Shown: positions 29,439 through 38,614 of the stretch, one piece after another
Numbering within the stretch: the stretch's first letter is position 1
How the letters are laid out: each line of letters begins with the position of its first letter
DNA from: an uncultured Chromatiales bacterium
GTDB taxonomy: Bacteria; Pseudomonadota; Gammaproteobacteria; SZUA-140
Direction: 5' to 3'
NCBI GenBank assembly: GCA_964437335.1
Contig: CAYTGL010000001.1
Coordinates: 2,946 to 66,945 of the forward strand
Length of the DNA: 64,000 nt
Position numbers and translations under genes: made by a program
The notes under the pieces: model-generated
Databases searched by the model: none
Seen by the model: only the letters and a program-made list of their open reading frames with translations
What the model was told of the DNA's origin: nothing

Positions 29439-29559
29439 AGGGCGAGCGCAAGTGTTATTCGATAGCAGACTCCAAGATCCATGCGAATGATAATGATAAT
29501 AATAGCGCAAGTATCATTCGATAGAAGGCTCCAAGGTCCGGGTCAACGATAATGATCCG
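29439..29559. promoter_or_regulatory. tandem ~59-bp repeat, each unit ending in a Fur-box-like GATAATGAT(AAT) element
   Basis: Unit 1 at 29439-29497 (GCGCAAGTGTTATTCGATAGCAGACTCCAAGATCC...GATAATGATAATAATAG). Unit 2 at 29498-29556 (GCGCAAGTATCATTCGATAGAAGGCTCCAAGGTCC...GATAATGATCC). The Fur consensus begins GATAATGATAATCATTATC. Upstream of the ttpB operon. Confidence 0.45.
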
Positions 29560-29729
29560 GTGATGCTGTGCGGCAATGACCATGCAGAAGTACGGCATCA
29601 GGTATTACGACATATTATATATTATTATGGCTTGTTCCGTCTGAGACTTTACCGGATATCGGCAGTTGGCGTTCATTCCCGGTCGGGTTGGACTGTCAGG
29701 CGAGTAAGGTCAGACCGGGCGAGTATTGG

Positions 29730-30437
29730 TCAATCTATATCTATTGTGAAGGTCAGGTTGGCCGACAGCTTTTCAGTATCGGTGTCGGGATGATCCTTCA
29801 GACCGATCCGGTGATAGGCCAGGATGTAATGGAAGCCTTGATCCGGGACCGGCAGCGAGATCCTGCCTTCGCGATTCGTCAAAAACAGGTCGAAAACGCC
29901 GAGCATCTCGAGTTCGGCGCCGGCGAGCGGAGCGCCCTCATACATCACCTGGACTGACAATTCGTCACCCGGTTTAATCCGGAAGGGATTTTCGAGCGGG
30001 ATGATCTCGAGTCGAGCGCCGGTCGGCTTGTTTGCGGCCGGGCTCCAGCCGAGCAATGCCTTGGCGAACATTTTCTGATGCACTGAAGACCGGTAACCAG
30101 GCACCTCGTACTTTGGTTTGTTGACGGCGATCTCATTGGAATCCTCGGTCCAGATGCCGTGGTCGTAGTTGACGGAGACCAATAGGGTATCCGCCTTGGG
30201 GTTGACTACCACCTGGCTGTCTTTCACGCGGTATGCAAGGTCATGGCGTACGCCCTGCTGGTCTATTGCGGCAGCGCTGACGAGTTTGGCAGGGTCGTAT
30301 GATTCAAGCTCGCCCGGGTGGCCGAAAACAAGCATCAGGGTATTCCCTTCGCCCGGGATCAGCCAGACATCGTGGGCGCTGACGGGCAACAGGAGAGCAG
30401 AATTGATAAGTATTAAAAATAACCACTTATAAAACAT
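29730..30437 (-). CDS. DUF4198-domain periplasmic protein (Ni/Co-uptake-associated family), copy 1
   Basis: 235 aa. Signal peptide then HDVWLIPGEG...FGHPGE. Paralogous to ORFs at 40883-41584 and 52773-53552. Confidence 0.8.
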   Translation of the reverse strand: MFYKWLFLILINSALLLPVSAHDVWLIPGEGNTLMLVFGHPGELESYDPAKLVSAAAIDQQGVRHDLAYRVKDSQVVVNPKADTLLVSVNYDHGIWTEDSNEIAVNKPKYEVPGYRSSVHQKMFAKALLGWSPAANKPTGARLEIIPLENPFRIKPGDELSVQVMYEGAPLAGAELEMLGVFDLFLTNREGRISLPVPDQGFHYILAYHRIGLKDHPDTDTEKLSANLTFTIDID

Positions 30438-30515
30438 CTGCGATTCTCCATGACATATTGCATCGTGTGGAAAAATGGGTGACCGGCAACGGTGACGTGG
30501 TCATGAAGTGGCGAG

Positions 30516-30547
30516 CCACCCGGCGGGGGAGAATTGCCGCCGGGTGG
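30516..30547. repeat. palindromic element CCACCCGGCGG-N10-CCGCCGGGTGG (copy 1)
   Basis: Perfect 11-bp inverted repeat between TBDR1 stop and DUF4198-1 start. Near-identical copy at 40787-40818. Confidence 0.5.
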
Positions 30548-30567
30548 CCTTTGCCGGTTTGCTGCGT

Positions 30568-32700
30568 TTACATCTTCATGATCACGCCTGCGAACACGCT
30601 GGCCGGGGGACGCGTGTTGTAGGTGGTCGGCACCGTCGAGTTCTCGGCGCCGCCGGGACCGTCGGCATACTGCTCGTCGAGGATGTTGGTGAAGTCCACG
30701 TACCAGCGCGTGCTGCCGCCATTGGCGCCGGGGACGGTGTAGAACACCGTCGCGTCGACCACGTCGTAGCCCTCATAGGTGCCCGTATTGTTGTTATTGA
30801 CGTACATCTCACCCACGGTGCGCCATCTCAGCGTGCCACCCCAGCCCACGGCGGGGGCGTAGCTCGCCGTCAGGTTGGCAACGTAGTCCGGCACGCGCGG
30901 GATCTCGTTGCCCTCGAGGGCCGGGTTGTTGGGCCTCTTCACGATGTCCGAATCGAAGAAACCGAAGCCGGTGCTGAGCGTAAGGTTCGGCACTGCCTGC
31001 GGGAAGTAGCGGATCTCGCCCTCGATGCCGCTGCGGTCCGTCTCGCCGGCGTTCTGGAGCTGTGGCGGGTCACCTGCGGTCAGGAGCTCGTCCGAGCTGT
31101 TCAGCATGAAATAGACCAGGTCGAAGTACAGCGAGGGCGTGGGCGTGCCGCTGATCCCGAATTCGTACTGGGTGAACTTCACCGGGTCCAGGTTGACGTC
31201 TTCGGCTATGGAGCGCTGTTCGATGCTTGGTATCTGGAAGCCCTCCGCGTAGCTGGCGCGCAGCTCGAGGTTGTCGGTGATAGCGGAGCGCACGCCCAGC
31301 TTCGGCAGGAACGCGCTGTTATTGGTGTCGTAATCGGTCCTGTTGTCCAGCGGGTTGTCGGTCATGCCCTTGCCGGTTTGGTCGATGCTGTCGTAGCGGA
31401 AGCCGATCGTGGGCCGGAACAGGCGGTGGACGTCCAGATCCATCTGGCCGAACGCGGACGTGGTCTTCGTTACGAAGTCGCCGTCCCTCTGCAGCCGCTC
31501 GGGGATACCCTGGACGAAGCCGCGATCCTGCGCGTTGGTCCGGTACATGGTTTCGTCGGTCTCTTCATTGTAATACTCCGCGCCGAGCACCCAGTTGCTC
31601 GCGATGTTGCCGAAGGAGTTCACGCCGTTGAAGCTGAAGCCGAGCGCCCCCACGTTCCGATCATGTGACAGATCTCGCTGGCAGGACGTGGTCCCCGTCG
31701 TCAGGGTGGCGCAGATGGCCGGATCCGTGGTGACCGCGACGTCGGTCTCGAAGCGGCTCAGGAACATATCGGTCTGATAGGCCCAGGTCAGCAGCTTGAG
31801 ATGGTCGGAAAAGCTGTGGTTGAAATCGATGCGCTGGGAGTCATAGGTCTTCTCGGCCATGTCGCGCTGGGTCTGATGGATCGGCGATTGTTTGCGGGCT
31901 TCGTCCCAGCCCGCCTCGAACTGTTCGCCGGAGATGTTGCCTGGTACGTACGACCGCGCCCCGTGGCCGCGCAGAGACAGCGCGATCTCCGAGCGCTCGC
32001 CGAGCATGTACGAGGCCCGAAGGGCGAGGTTCATCTTGGTGAAACGCGAGTTGTCTCTCCAGCCTTCGTGCTCGTAGCCCTGAACGGCGCCGTTGAGCTG
32101 CACGGGGCCGATCAGGGGGGCGTCGACCTGGGTGCCGAAGGCCACTTGGCCGTCGTAAGTCCCCCATGAACCGCCAGAGAGGGATATGTCCGTGTACTCG
32201 CCGCCCTTGCGGGTCTGGAAGGCCATGACGCCGCCGCGCGCGAAGTTTCCGTACAGCGGCGAGACAGGCCCCTTATAAACAGTCAGACTTTCTATCTCGA
32301 GCGGGACGACGATATTGGTGTCGGCGTAGCCGTCGGAGTGGCCTTCCGCCTCGTTCAGGGTGATGCCGTCGAGCGAGAAGCCGAGGTCGCCGCCGTGGCC
32401 GCCGCTGGTCATGCCGCGGATAGTGACGAAGTCGCCGACGCTGCCGCCCTGGATGGAGCGGACCTCGACGCCCGGCGCCTCCTCGAAGATCTGCAGCGGG
32501 TTTTCCCAGCGCCTGGCCCCGATCTCGTCATGTCCGATTTGATTGACCGTGAACGCGCGGTCGGCGTCTCTCATGCCTTCGCCCTTGACGGTGATCTTGT
32601 CGAGCTCGACGTTCTCTGCCAAGGCGGCGCCTCCCGCGCCTGCTCCGAGCCCGCATACGATCGCGGCTATGACACTGTTCCTCAGTCGGTGATTAATCAT
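30568..32700 (-). CDS. TonB-dependent outer-membrane receptor (TBDR1)
   Basis: 710 aa. Signal peptide, TonB box/plug (DKITVKGEG), 22-strand barrel motifs. Confidence 0.9.
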   Translation of the reverse strand: MINHRLRNSVIAAIVCGLGAGAGGAALAENVELDKITVKGEGMRDADRAFTVNQIGHDEIGARRWENPLQIFEEAPGVEVRSIQGGSVGDFVTIRGMTSGGHGGDLGFSLDGITLNEAEGHSDGYADTNIVVPLEIESLTVYKGPVSPLYGNFARGGVMAFQTRKGGEYTDISLSGGSWGTYDGQVAFGTQVDAPLIGPVQLNGAVQGYEHEGWRDNSRFTKMNLALRASYMLGERSEIALSLRGHGARSYVPGNISGEQFEAGWDEARKQSPIHQTQRDMAEKTYDSQRIDFNHSFSDHLKLLTWAYQTDMFLSRFETDVAVTTDPAICATLTTGTTSCQRDLSHDRNVGALGFSFNGVNSFGNIASNWVLGAEYYNEETDETMYRTNAQDRGFVQGIPERLQRDGDFVTKTTSAFGQMDLDVHRLFRPTIGFRYDSIDQTGKGMTDNPLDNRTDYDTNNSAFLPKLGVRSAITDNLELRASYAEGFQIPSIEQRSIAEDVNLDPVKFTQYEFGISGTPTPSLYFDLVYFMLNSSDELLTAGDPPQLQNAGETDRSGIEGEIRYFPQAVPNLTLSTGFGFFDSDIVKRPNNPALEGNEIPRVPDYVANLTASYAPAVGWGGTLRWRTVGEMYVNNNNTGTYEGYDVVDATVFYTVPGANGGSTRWYVDFTNILDEQYADGPGGAENSTVPTTYNTRPPASVFAGVIMKM

Positions 32701-33192
32701 TATTCATTCGCCCCTTTGGTATGGTCATTGGTATCTGTCAATTAGTTCATCAGGCTCCTGTTTATCTCATGGAGACTGAGTAGATAATATTATAACATAA
32801 TAATTAATACTTTTAAATACAGTATGTACCAATATTAATACTGCAACAGCAGATTTGACTTGATTAGCGCCTGTTTCGAATCTACGTACCGGATCTTCTT
32901 TCGCTTCGGAACCTAGTACTTTCGTATGGTCAGTTACAGCGATTCACTACGATCTATGTCATTACATTTAATAAGTTTATTGGCCGCGCACGGTGGCAGT
33001 CATGCGTATTGGACGTGATTCAACCAGCGCTTGTCCGGCTAGCTTCAGCCAGTAATTACGAGAGGATTGCGGATACGACATTACGGTGTGCCGCACGTTG
33101 TTTCTTTGCAACACCTTGGGATACAACAGATGATTCCAACCACCAGCGAGAATCACAACGTCCGTGGGGTGAATAATCGCGATTAGTTTGTG
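32701..33192. repeat. copy 1 of a duplicated ~0.6-kb segment (TBDR leader), homologous to 43680-44195
   Basis: Alignable to the region upstream of TBDR2 along its length, with numerous substitutions and indels. Confidence 0.7.
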
Positions 33193-33318
33193 TTATTTGC
33201 GCCAGAATTCCGGCATCAACAGGACGAGGAGCGTGAAGATCTCGAGACGCCCAAGCAGCACCGCGAGCGCGCACGGCCACTTCGCGGCGGCATTAATGTC
33301 ATGGAATGTCACCGCAAC
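33193..33318 (-). pseudogene. remnant of trkH 3' end (last ~35 codons)
   Basis: FHDINAAAKWPCALAVLLGRLEIFTLLVLLMPEFWRK matches the C-terminus of the full TrkH at 44196-45641 (FHDINPTAKWLCTLAMLLGRLEIFTLLVLLTPEFWRK). Upstream part absent. Confidence 0.65.
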
Positions 33319-33364
33319 CGCGCCGAGGTGACCTATCCTCCGCCTAGGTAGCCAGAATGAGTGA

Positions 33365-34207
33365 TTATTCAGGTCTCCCAAGCTGGGGTGGGAGTTTTTC
33401 CATAAAATATTCAGCCGCTTGCATCAGCGACTTAGTATATGGATGTTTAGGATTGAATATAACCTCATCTCGACTACCAGATTCAACAATCTGGCCCTGA
33501 AACATTACAGCGACTTGACCGCATAACTGGTTTATGACTGCAATATCATGCGATATAAAGAGATAGGTTAAGTCATGTTTGACTTGCAAGTCTTTAAGTA
33601 AATTAACTATTTGTGATTGTATAGATTTGTCGAGCGAGGAGACAGGTTCATCACAAACTACCACTCGCGGATTTGACACGATTGCACGCGCTATACATGC
33701 ACGCTGTCTCTCTCCACCACTTAGCTGATGCGGATACGCATCAAGCAGTCGAAGTGGTAATTCAACATCATCAAATATCCTGATAATCCTTGTCTGTCGT
33801 GCTTTTTTATCGAGTAAAGTAAGGTTACTAAGTGGCTCCTCAATACTTCGCCTTATGGTCATCATCGGGTCCAGCGCCCCATAAGCATCCTGATAAATAA
33901 TCTGGACATCCTTGCGAAATTTTCTCAGCTCTTTTCTACCATAGCGGTCAATCCGCTTACCCATAACAGAAATATACCCTGCAGTGGGTTTCTCTAGCCC
34001 GAGTATTAGACGGGCTAGTGTACTCTTGCCAGATCCGCTCTCTCCGACCAAGCCATAGGCCTCGCCCTGACGAATCTTAAGTGATATGTCGCTTACGGCT
34101 TGTACGCGGGCACTCTGATTCCCAAAATAGCTACCTAAAGTTTGATAGCTTTTGGACAAGCTGAGGATTTGTACTGCAGGCTCTGCCCTATCCAACATTC
34201 TCATCAA
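33365..34207 (-). CDS. ABC transporter ATP-binding protein (OppF/DppF/NikE-like)
   Basis: Walker A GESGSGKST, signature LSGGERQR, Walker B. Low-GC codon usage. Confidence 0.9.
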   Translation of the reverse strand: MMRMLDRAEPAVQILSLSKSYQTLGSYFGNQSARVQAVSDISLKIRQGEAYGLVGESGSGKSTLARLILGLEKPTAGYISVMGKRIDRYGRKELRKFRKDVQIIYQDAYGALDPMMTIRRSIEEPLSNLTLLDKKARQTRIIRIFDDVELPLRLLDAYPHQLSGGERQRACIARAIVSNPRVVVCDEPVSSLDKSIQSQIVNLLKDLQVKHDLTYLFISHDIAVINQLCGQVAVMFQGQIVESGSRDEVIFNPKHPYTKSLMQAAEYFMEKLPPQLGRPE

Positions 34208-34216
34208 TCTGTAAAC

Positions 34217-35071
34217 CTACAATTGATTTCTTGCATAGGTATTAGAATTATTCTCAGTACCATAGCCTAATTGAGACTCCCGATTCAGCCTGGGCATTGC
34301 GTTCAACAGGGTCCTGGTATATGTGTCTCGGGGAGTGTTTAGAACCCTGTCAAGGTGATCATAGTCAACAAACCTACCACGATGCATGACCGCGATATGG
34401 CTCACAAGTCTGCTGACAAAACCAATATCATGACTGATAATAAGCATAGATAAATCAGTGTCTCTATGAATCTCCTCGAGGAGTTTTGTAATCTCTACTT
34501 GATTCAATAGATCAAGTGAGGAGGTTGGCTCATCAGCTATCAATAGTTTCGGCTCGAGTACAAGCGCAGCCGCTAATGCTACCCGCTGACACATACCACC
34601 ACTGAGTTCGAAGGCGTAACTATTCATTACCTCTTTTGCGCGGGGCATTTTCACGCGATCAAGAGCATTTAATATTTTCATGTGAGCTTCGCCTTGCGAT
34701 ATCGGATAATGCGTACGCAATACATGCTCTATCTGGCGCCCAATTCTTGCACATGGATTGAAGCTATTTTGCGGCGACTGGAAAATCATGCCGATTTCTT
34801 TCCCTCGAATAGCTTCCCAATATTTATCACTCCTGCTCTGCAGTGGCTCGCCTTGATATTTCACTGTACCGTTTATTATCTGCCCAGGACGATCAAGCAG
34901 GTAAAGAAGTGCAAGAGCCAAGGTGCTCTTTCCAGATCCGCTCTCACCTACGACACCCAATATTTCACCGGTGTTCAGCGATAAACTCACGTCATTCACT
35001 GCACGCAGTCTTCCGCTAGCTAGGATGTAATCTACACTAAGATGTTCGATTTCCAGAATTGGTGCTTTCAT
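34217..35071 (-). CDS. ABC transporter ATP-binding protein (OppD/DppD/NikD-like)
   Basis: Walker A GESGSGKST, signature LSGGMCQRV. Low GC. Confidence 0.9.
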   Translation of the reverse strand: MKAPILEIEHLSVDYILASGRLRAVNDVSLSLNTGEILGVVGESGSGKSTLALALLYLLDRPGQIINGTVKYQGEPLQSRSDKYWEAIRGKEIGMIFQSPQNSFNPCARIGRQIEHVLRTHYPISQGEAHMKILNALDRVKMPRAKEVMNSYAFELSGGMCQRVALAAALVLEPKLLIADEPTSSLDLLNQVEITKLLEEIHRDTDLSMLIISHDIGFVSRLVSHIAVMHRGRFVDYDHLDRVLNTPRDTYTRTLLNAMPRLNRESQLGYGTENNSNTYARNQL

Positions 35072-35956
35072 TTAATTTTCTGCTCTATTCCTAGGGTCGA
35101 TGCCATCACGCAACCCGTCACCCACGAGGTTGATTGACATTACCGTGAGCATAATCATTACCCCAGGGAAAATGACGTTCCACCACGCCCCACTCATGGC
35201 AGCGCTTAGACCATTACCCAGAAGATTTCCCCAGCTGGACACTGTTGAGGGGACACCTAAATTGATAAAGCTTAATGTTGCTTCCAGGGTAATCGCCTGA
35301 CCAATACTAACGGTTAATATCACAAGCAATGGCCCCATCAGATTAGGCAGGATATGATGCATAATCAATTTCAGCACTCCACATCCAGCTGTGATAGATG
35401 CGCGGATAAAATCGGTTTCCATCAATCGTCTGCACTCAGTACGAACAACGCGGGCGACGCCCATCCAGCTAACCAGCGCGATCGATAACGTAATTTTAGT
35501 GAGACTCAGTTCTCCAGATGCTTGTATCAGGATTACATACAAAATCACTGGTATGGAAAGAATCGTATCCAGTACCTGCATCAGTACTTGATCCAGCCAG
35601 CGCGGACCTAACCCGCTTAATAACCCATAGAATATCCCGGCAAATCCAGCAATTATGATCGCCATCAATCCAACTAGCAGTGATAATCTGCCACCCAACA
35701 TGACCCTATCAAAAAGATCTCTTCCCAGATGATCTGTTCCGAACCAATGCATACTTGAGGGAGGTGCATACATCATAGCGGTATCTGTCATGCTATTCCC
35801 GACGTTCACCAATGGATAAAGTATACAAAGTGCACTTATTATTACTAAAAGCACAAGTCCCATCATGGCTAAGCGATGGGAACGTAACGTTAATACTATC
35901 CACGGCTTCCGCACCGCTATCGGCCCCCGTTCTATGAGCGATTTTTCAGCGGACAT
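35072..35956 (-). CDS. ABC transporter permease (OppC/DppC/NikC-like)
   Basis: 294 aa, six TM helices, BPD_transp_1 pattern. Confidence 0.9.
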   Translation of the reverse strand: MSAEKSLIERGPIAVRKPWIVLTLRSHRLAMMGLVLLVIISALCILYPLVNVGNSMTDTAMMYAPPSSMHWFGTDHLGRDLFDRVMLGGRLSLLVGLMAIIIAGFAGIFYGLLSGLGPRWLDQVLMQVLDTILSIPVILYVILIQASGELSLTKITLSIALVSWMGVARVVRTECRRLMETDFIRASITAGCGVLKLIMHHILPNLMGPLLVILTVSIGQAITLEATLSFINLGVPSTVSSWGNLLGNGLSAAMSGAWWNVIFPGVMIMLTVMSINLVGDGLRDGIDPRNRAEN

Positions 35957-36911
35957 ATTGTCTCCGCAGTCTAGGATCGAATGCGGCTATTAAGCAGTCA
36001 GCTAGCAGGTTACCCGCGATTATCAAGATGCCTGTGACTAGAGTGCATGCCATTAGTACAGGATAGTTCCGTCCAATTGCGCTCTGTAAAAACAATCGCC
36101 CTATACCCGGCCATCCAAACACCCATTCAACGACATAGACACTACCAATTAGTAGTGGCAATGAAAAACCAACCCACGTAATAAAGGGTGTGAGCGCATT
36201 TGGCATTAAATGACGAAATATAAGATCGTATTTTCTTATTCCTCTTGAACGCGCGGCACGAATGTAATCCATGGTAATAGTATCGCGTATACTACCTCTC
36301 ATAAGGCGCAGATAAGGACCTAACTGAGTCAACACGATGGTAGCCACAGGCAATACAAGGTGGGAGGCCAAATCGTAAAAATTATCATTGATGCCAATCG
36401 TTGACATACCCGAAGATGGAAAAAGTCCCAAGCCAACGGAAAACATCAGGATTAACATCAGACCAAGCCAGAATGGGGGAATGGAAAAGCTGACTAGTGC
36501 GATTCCACTGATTGAATAATCAATCGTGGTGTGAGGATTCGCTCCGGCTAAGTACCCAAGATAAATGCCTAATATGATAATCAATACCCAGGCACTTCCA
36601 ACCAGAATCAGGGTATTTTTCAACGAGGACAACACAACACCTTGAACCTTCCTACCATCCTTTAAGGAATAACCCCAATCACCCTGAACCATGCGATTCA
36701 GCCACAAACCATATTGAACAGGTAGCGGTTGGTCTAGCCCCAAATTATGTCGAACACGCTCATAGTCATCGAGTGTCATATTCTCACGCCCGCCTACAAG
36801 ACTGGGAACAGGATCGCCGGGCATCGATTTGATTATTACAAATGCTAATAGACTTATCAGCAACAGTTGGGGTATTACCCCGAGCAGTCGAGTTGCGATA
36901 AATCTAATCAT
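35946..36911 (-). CDS. ABC transporter permease (OppB/DppB/NikB-like)
   Basis: 321 aa, six TM helices. N-terminal MIRFIATRLLGVIPQLL typical of DppB. Confidence 0.9.
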   Translation of the reverse strand: MIRFIATRLLGVIPQLLLISLLAFVIIKSMPGDPVPSLVGGRENMTLDDYERVRHNLGLDQPLPVQYGLWLNRMVQGDWGYSLKDGRKVQGVVLSSLKNTLILVGSAWVLIIILGIYLGYLAGANPHTTIDYSISGIALVSFSIPPFWLGLMLILMFSVGLGLFPSSGMSTIGINDNFYDLASHLVLPVATIVLTQLGPYLRLMRGSIRDTITMDYIRAARSRGIRKYDLIFRHLMPNALTPFITWVGFSLPLLIGSVYVVEWVFGWPGIGRLFLQSAIGRNYPVLMACTLVTGILIIAGNLLADCLIAAFDPRLRRQYVR

Positions 36912-38500
36912 CGGGAGTTTCCTGGCAATTTATCCCACTTCTCAACATTCCACAGGGGGCTCGATCCATGCCCCATGACTCGTTGCTCGAAGCCGCTGAA
37001 CCCCTTTCGCACTGCGTAGATATGCTTGAGATAGACCAGATAGTTCAGCGGTGGATCATTGACCATTTCTCGCTGTATCTCTTGGTAGAGAGCCTTACGT
37101 TTTTCTGGATCTATCTCCTCACGGGCCTTCTTTAGTAAGATATCCACTTTTTCATTTTTATAACCGCTGTAGTTCATTCCGGAAAATTGCAAATCGCTTG
37201 AAAAATACTTGTAGAGGTCATCGTCTGGATCTCCGGGATACCCCAATCCAAGTATTATTGAAGAAACATCGCGAATATTAAACGAGGCGAAGTCTTTGAT
37301 CTGTACTTGCACATCAAAGCCCGCACGCTTGAGTTGCTCAGCCAGCAGAATAGCGAGATCCTGTCTTTCAGGTTCATTGCTGGGGGCTACTAACGCAATC
37401 GAAAAACGCTCGCCATTTTTCTGGTAAATTCCATCACTGCCGCGCACCCACCCGGCCTCCTTCATCAAGCTCTCTGCCTTGCCGGGATTATTATCATGAT
37501 GAGACATCTCCGGGAATGAAATATCATGCATCTGTAGCGGTCCATATGCAGGTACTCCATAACCCAGGAGCGCGCCGGTTACGAGCGCCTTGCGATCCGT
37601 CGCGTATTGAAGTGCCTGGCGAACCTTAATATCCCGAAAAATAGGGTAGCGATGATTAGTCATCATCGCTCGATAATCTGTTGAGTTAACCGTCTCTATT
37701 GTGAAATTATCGGCCCCTTTCAACGCCTGAACCTGCTTGGGTTTAATCTCTGTAATATCGACCTCTCCATTTTTCAATTGAACCAGTCGAACATTAGAGT
37801 CCGGTATAAACTTGTAGACTAATCGATCCAGTTTGGGCCGCCCATCGTAAAATTGGGAATTGGCCTCGAACACCATATATTCACCGCGCTTCCACACACT
37901 TAATTTGAATGGTCCGGTTCCAATAGGGCTTTCATAGTTGAATGGATCAGTATTGAAATCCTTGCCTTCCAAACGGTGACGCGGAATCATGCCAATTTTT
38001 AGCTTACTGGGAAGGGCGGCGAGTGGCCTGTGCAGAACGATACGAATCGTGAGCGGATCGATAGCATCTACTCTCTTGATCTCCTCAATCAGTTTTCTGG
38101 CGCCACTACTATTTTTTGGATCAAGTATCGCCTCGATTGTGAACTTGACATCATCTGCGGTAAATTCAACACCGTCGTGCCATTTAATATTTGGCTTTAG
38201 GATAATGATGTATTCCAGGCCATCTGCAGACATGGCCCAGGATTTTGCCATGTCAACCACGACACGGTTATCTTTGTCCAGTTTGAATAAGCCTCTGAAA
38301 AGCGCCATATCGGAATCGGGATGTTGATGCCCTGCCACAGGGTTCAGCCATTCAGGTTCTGATGGCATTGCAATAGTCAGAGTCTTTATTGCCGATCTAT
38401 TCTCATCTTTTTCTGTCTGACCACAACTCAACAGGATAAAAGTGGCGGCGAGCAGGAAGCTGATGTTTCTGTACTTAACGGCATAATATTTTAGTGTCAT
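36908..38500 (-). CDS. family-5 solute-binding protein (Opp/Dpp/NikA type), predicted lipoprotein
   Basis: SBP_bac_5 fold. Start placed at MTLKYYAVKYRNISFLLAATFILLSCGQ, which has a lipobox (LLSC). The ORF track's TTG start at 38572 is less likely. Low GC. Confidence 0.85.
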   Translation of the reverse strand: MTLKYYAVKYRNISFLLAATFILLSCGQTEKDENRSAIKTLTIAMPSEPEWLNPVAGHQHPDSDMALFRGLFKLDKDNRVVVDMAKSWAMSADGLEYIIILKPNIKWHDGVEFTADDVKFTIEAILDPKNSSGARKLIEEIKRVDAIDPLTIRIVLHRPLAALPSKLKIGMIPRHRLEGKDFNTDPFNYESPIGTGPFKLSVWKRGEYMVFEANSQFYDGRPKLDRLVYKFIPDSNVRLVQLKNGEVDITEIKPKQVQALKGADNFTIETVNSTDYRAMMTNHRYPIFRDIKVRQALQYATDRKALVTGALLGYGVPAYGPLQMHDISFPEMSHHDNNPGKAESLMKEAGWVRGSDGIYQKNGERFSIALVAPSNEPERQDLAILLAEQLKRAGFDVQVQIKDFASFNIRDVSSIILGLGYPGDPDDDLYKYFSSDLQFSGMNYSGYKNEKVDILLKKAREEIDPEKRKALYQEIQREMVNDPPLNYLVYLKHIYAVRKGFSGFEQRVMGHGSSPLWNVEKWDKLPGNSR

Positions 38501-38550
38501 AATGCAATACATTTCTCCAGATACCGGGTTTATGTATTTATCGATACATA

Positions 38551-38597
38551 TGTGACCGTTCTGGCTGATCAAAATCAGCCAGAACGGTCACACAGGA
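38551..38597 (-). terminator. 18-bp perfect hairpin downstream of TBDR3
   Basis: GTGACCGTTCTGGCTGAT-caaa-ATCAGCCAGAACGGTCAC lies ~20 nt after the TBDR3 stop. Overlaps the alternative TTG start region of the SBP gene. Confidence 0.5.
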
Positions 38598-38614
38598 TCT
38601 ACAGCGACTCAGAA

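Noticed and set aside
30508-31668. 386-aa plus-strand ORF opposite TBDR1
   Set aside because: Antisense to a complete TonB-dependent receptor. No features.
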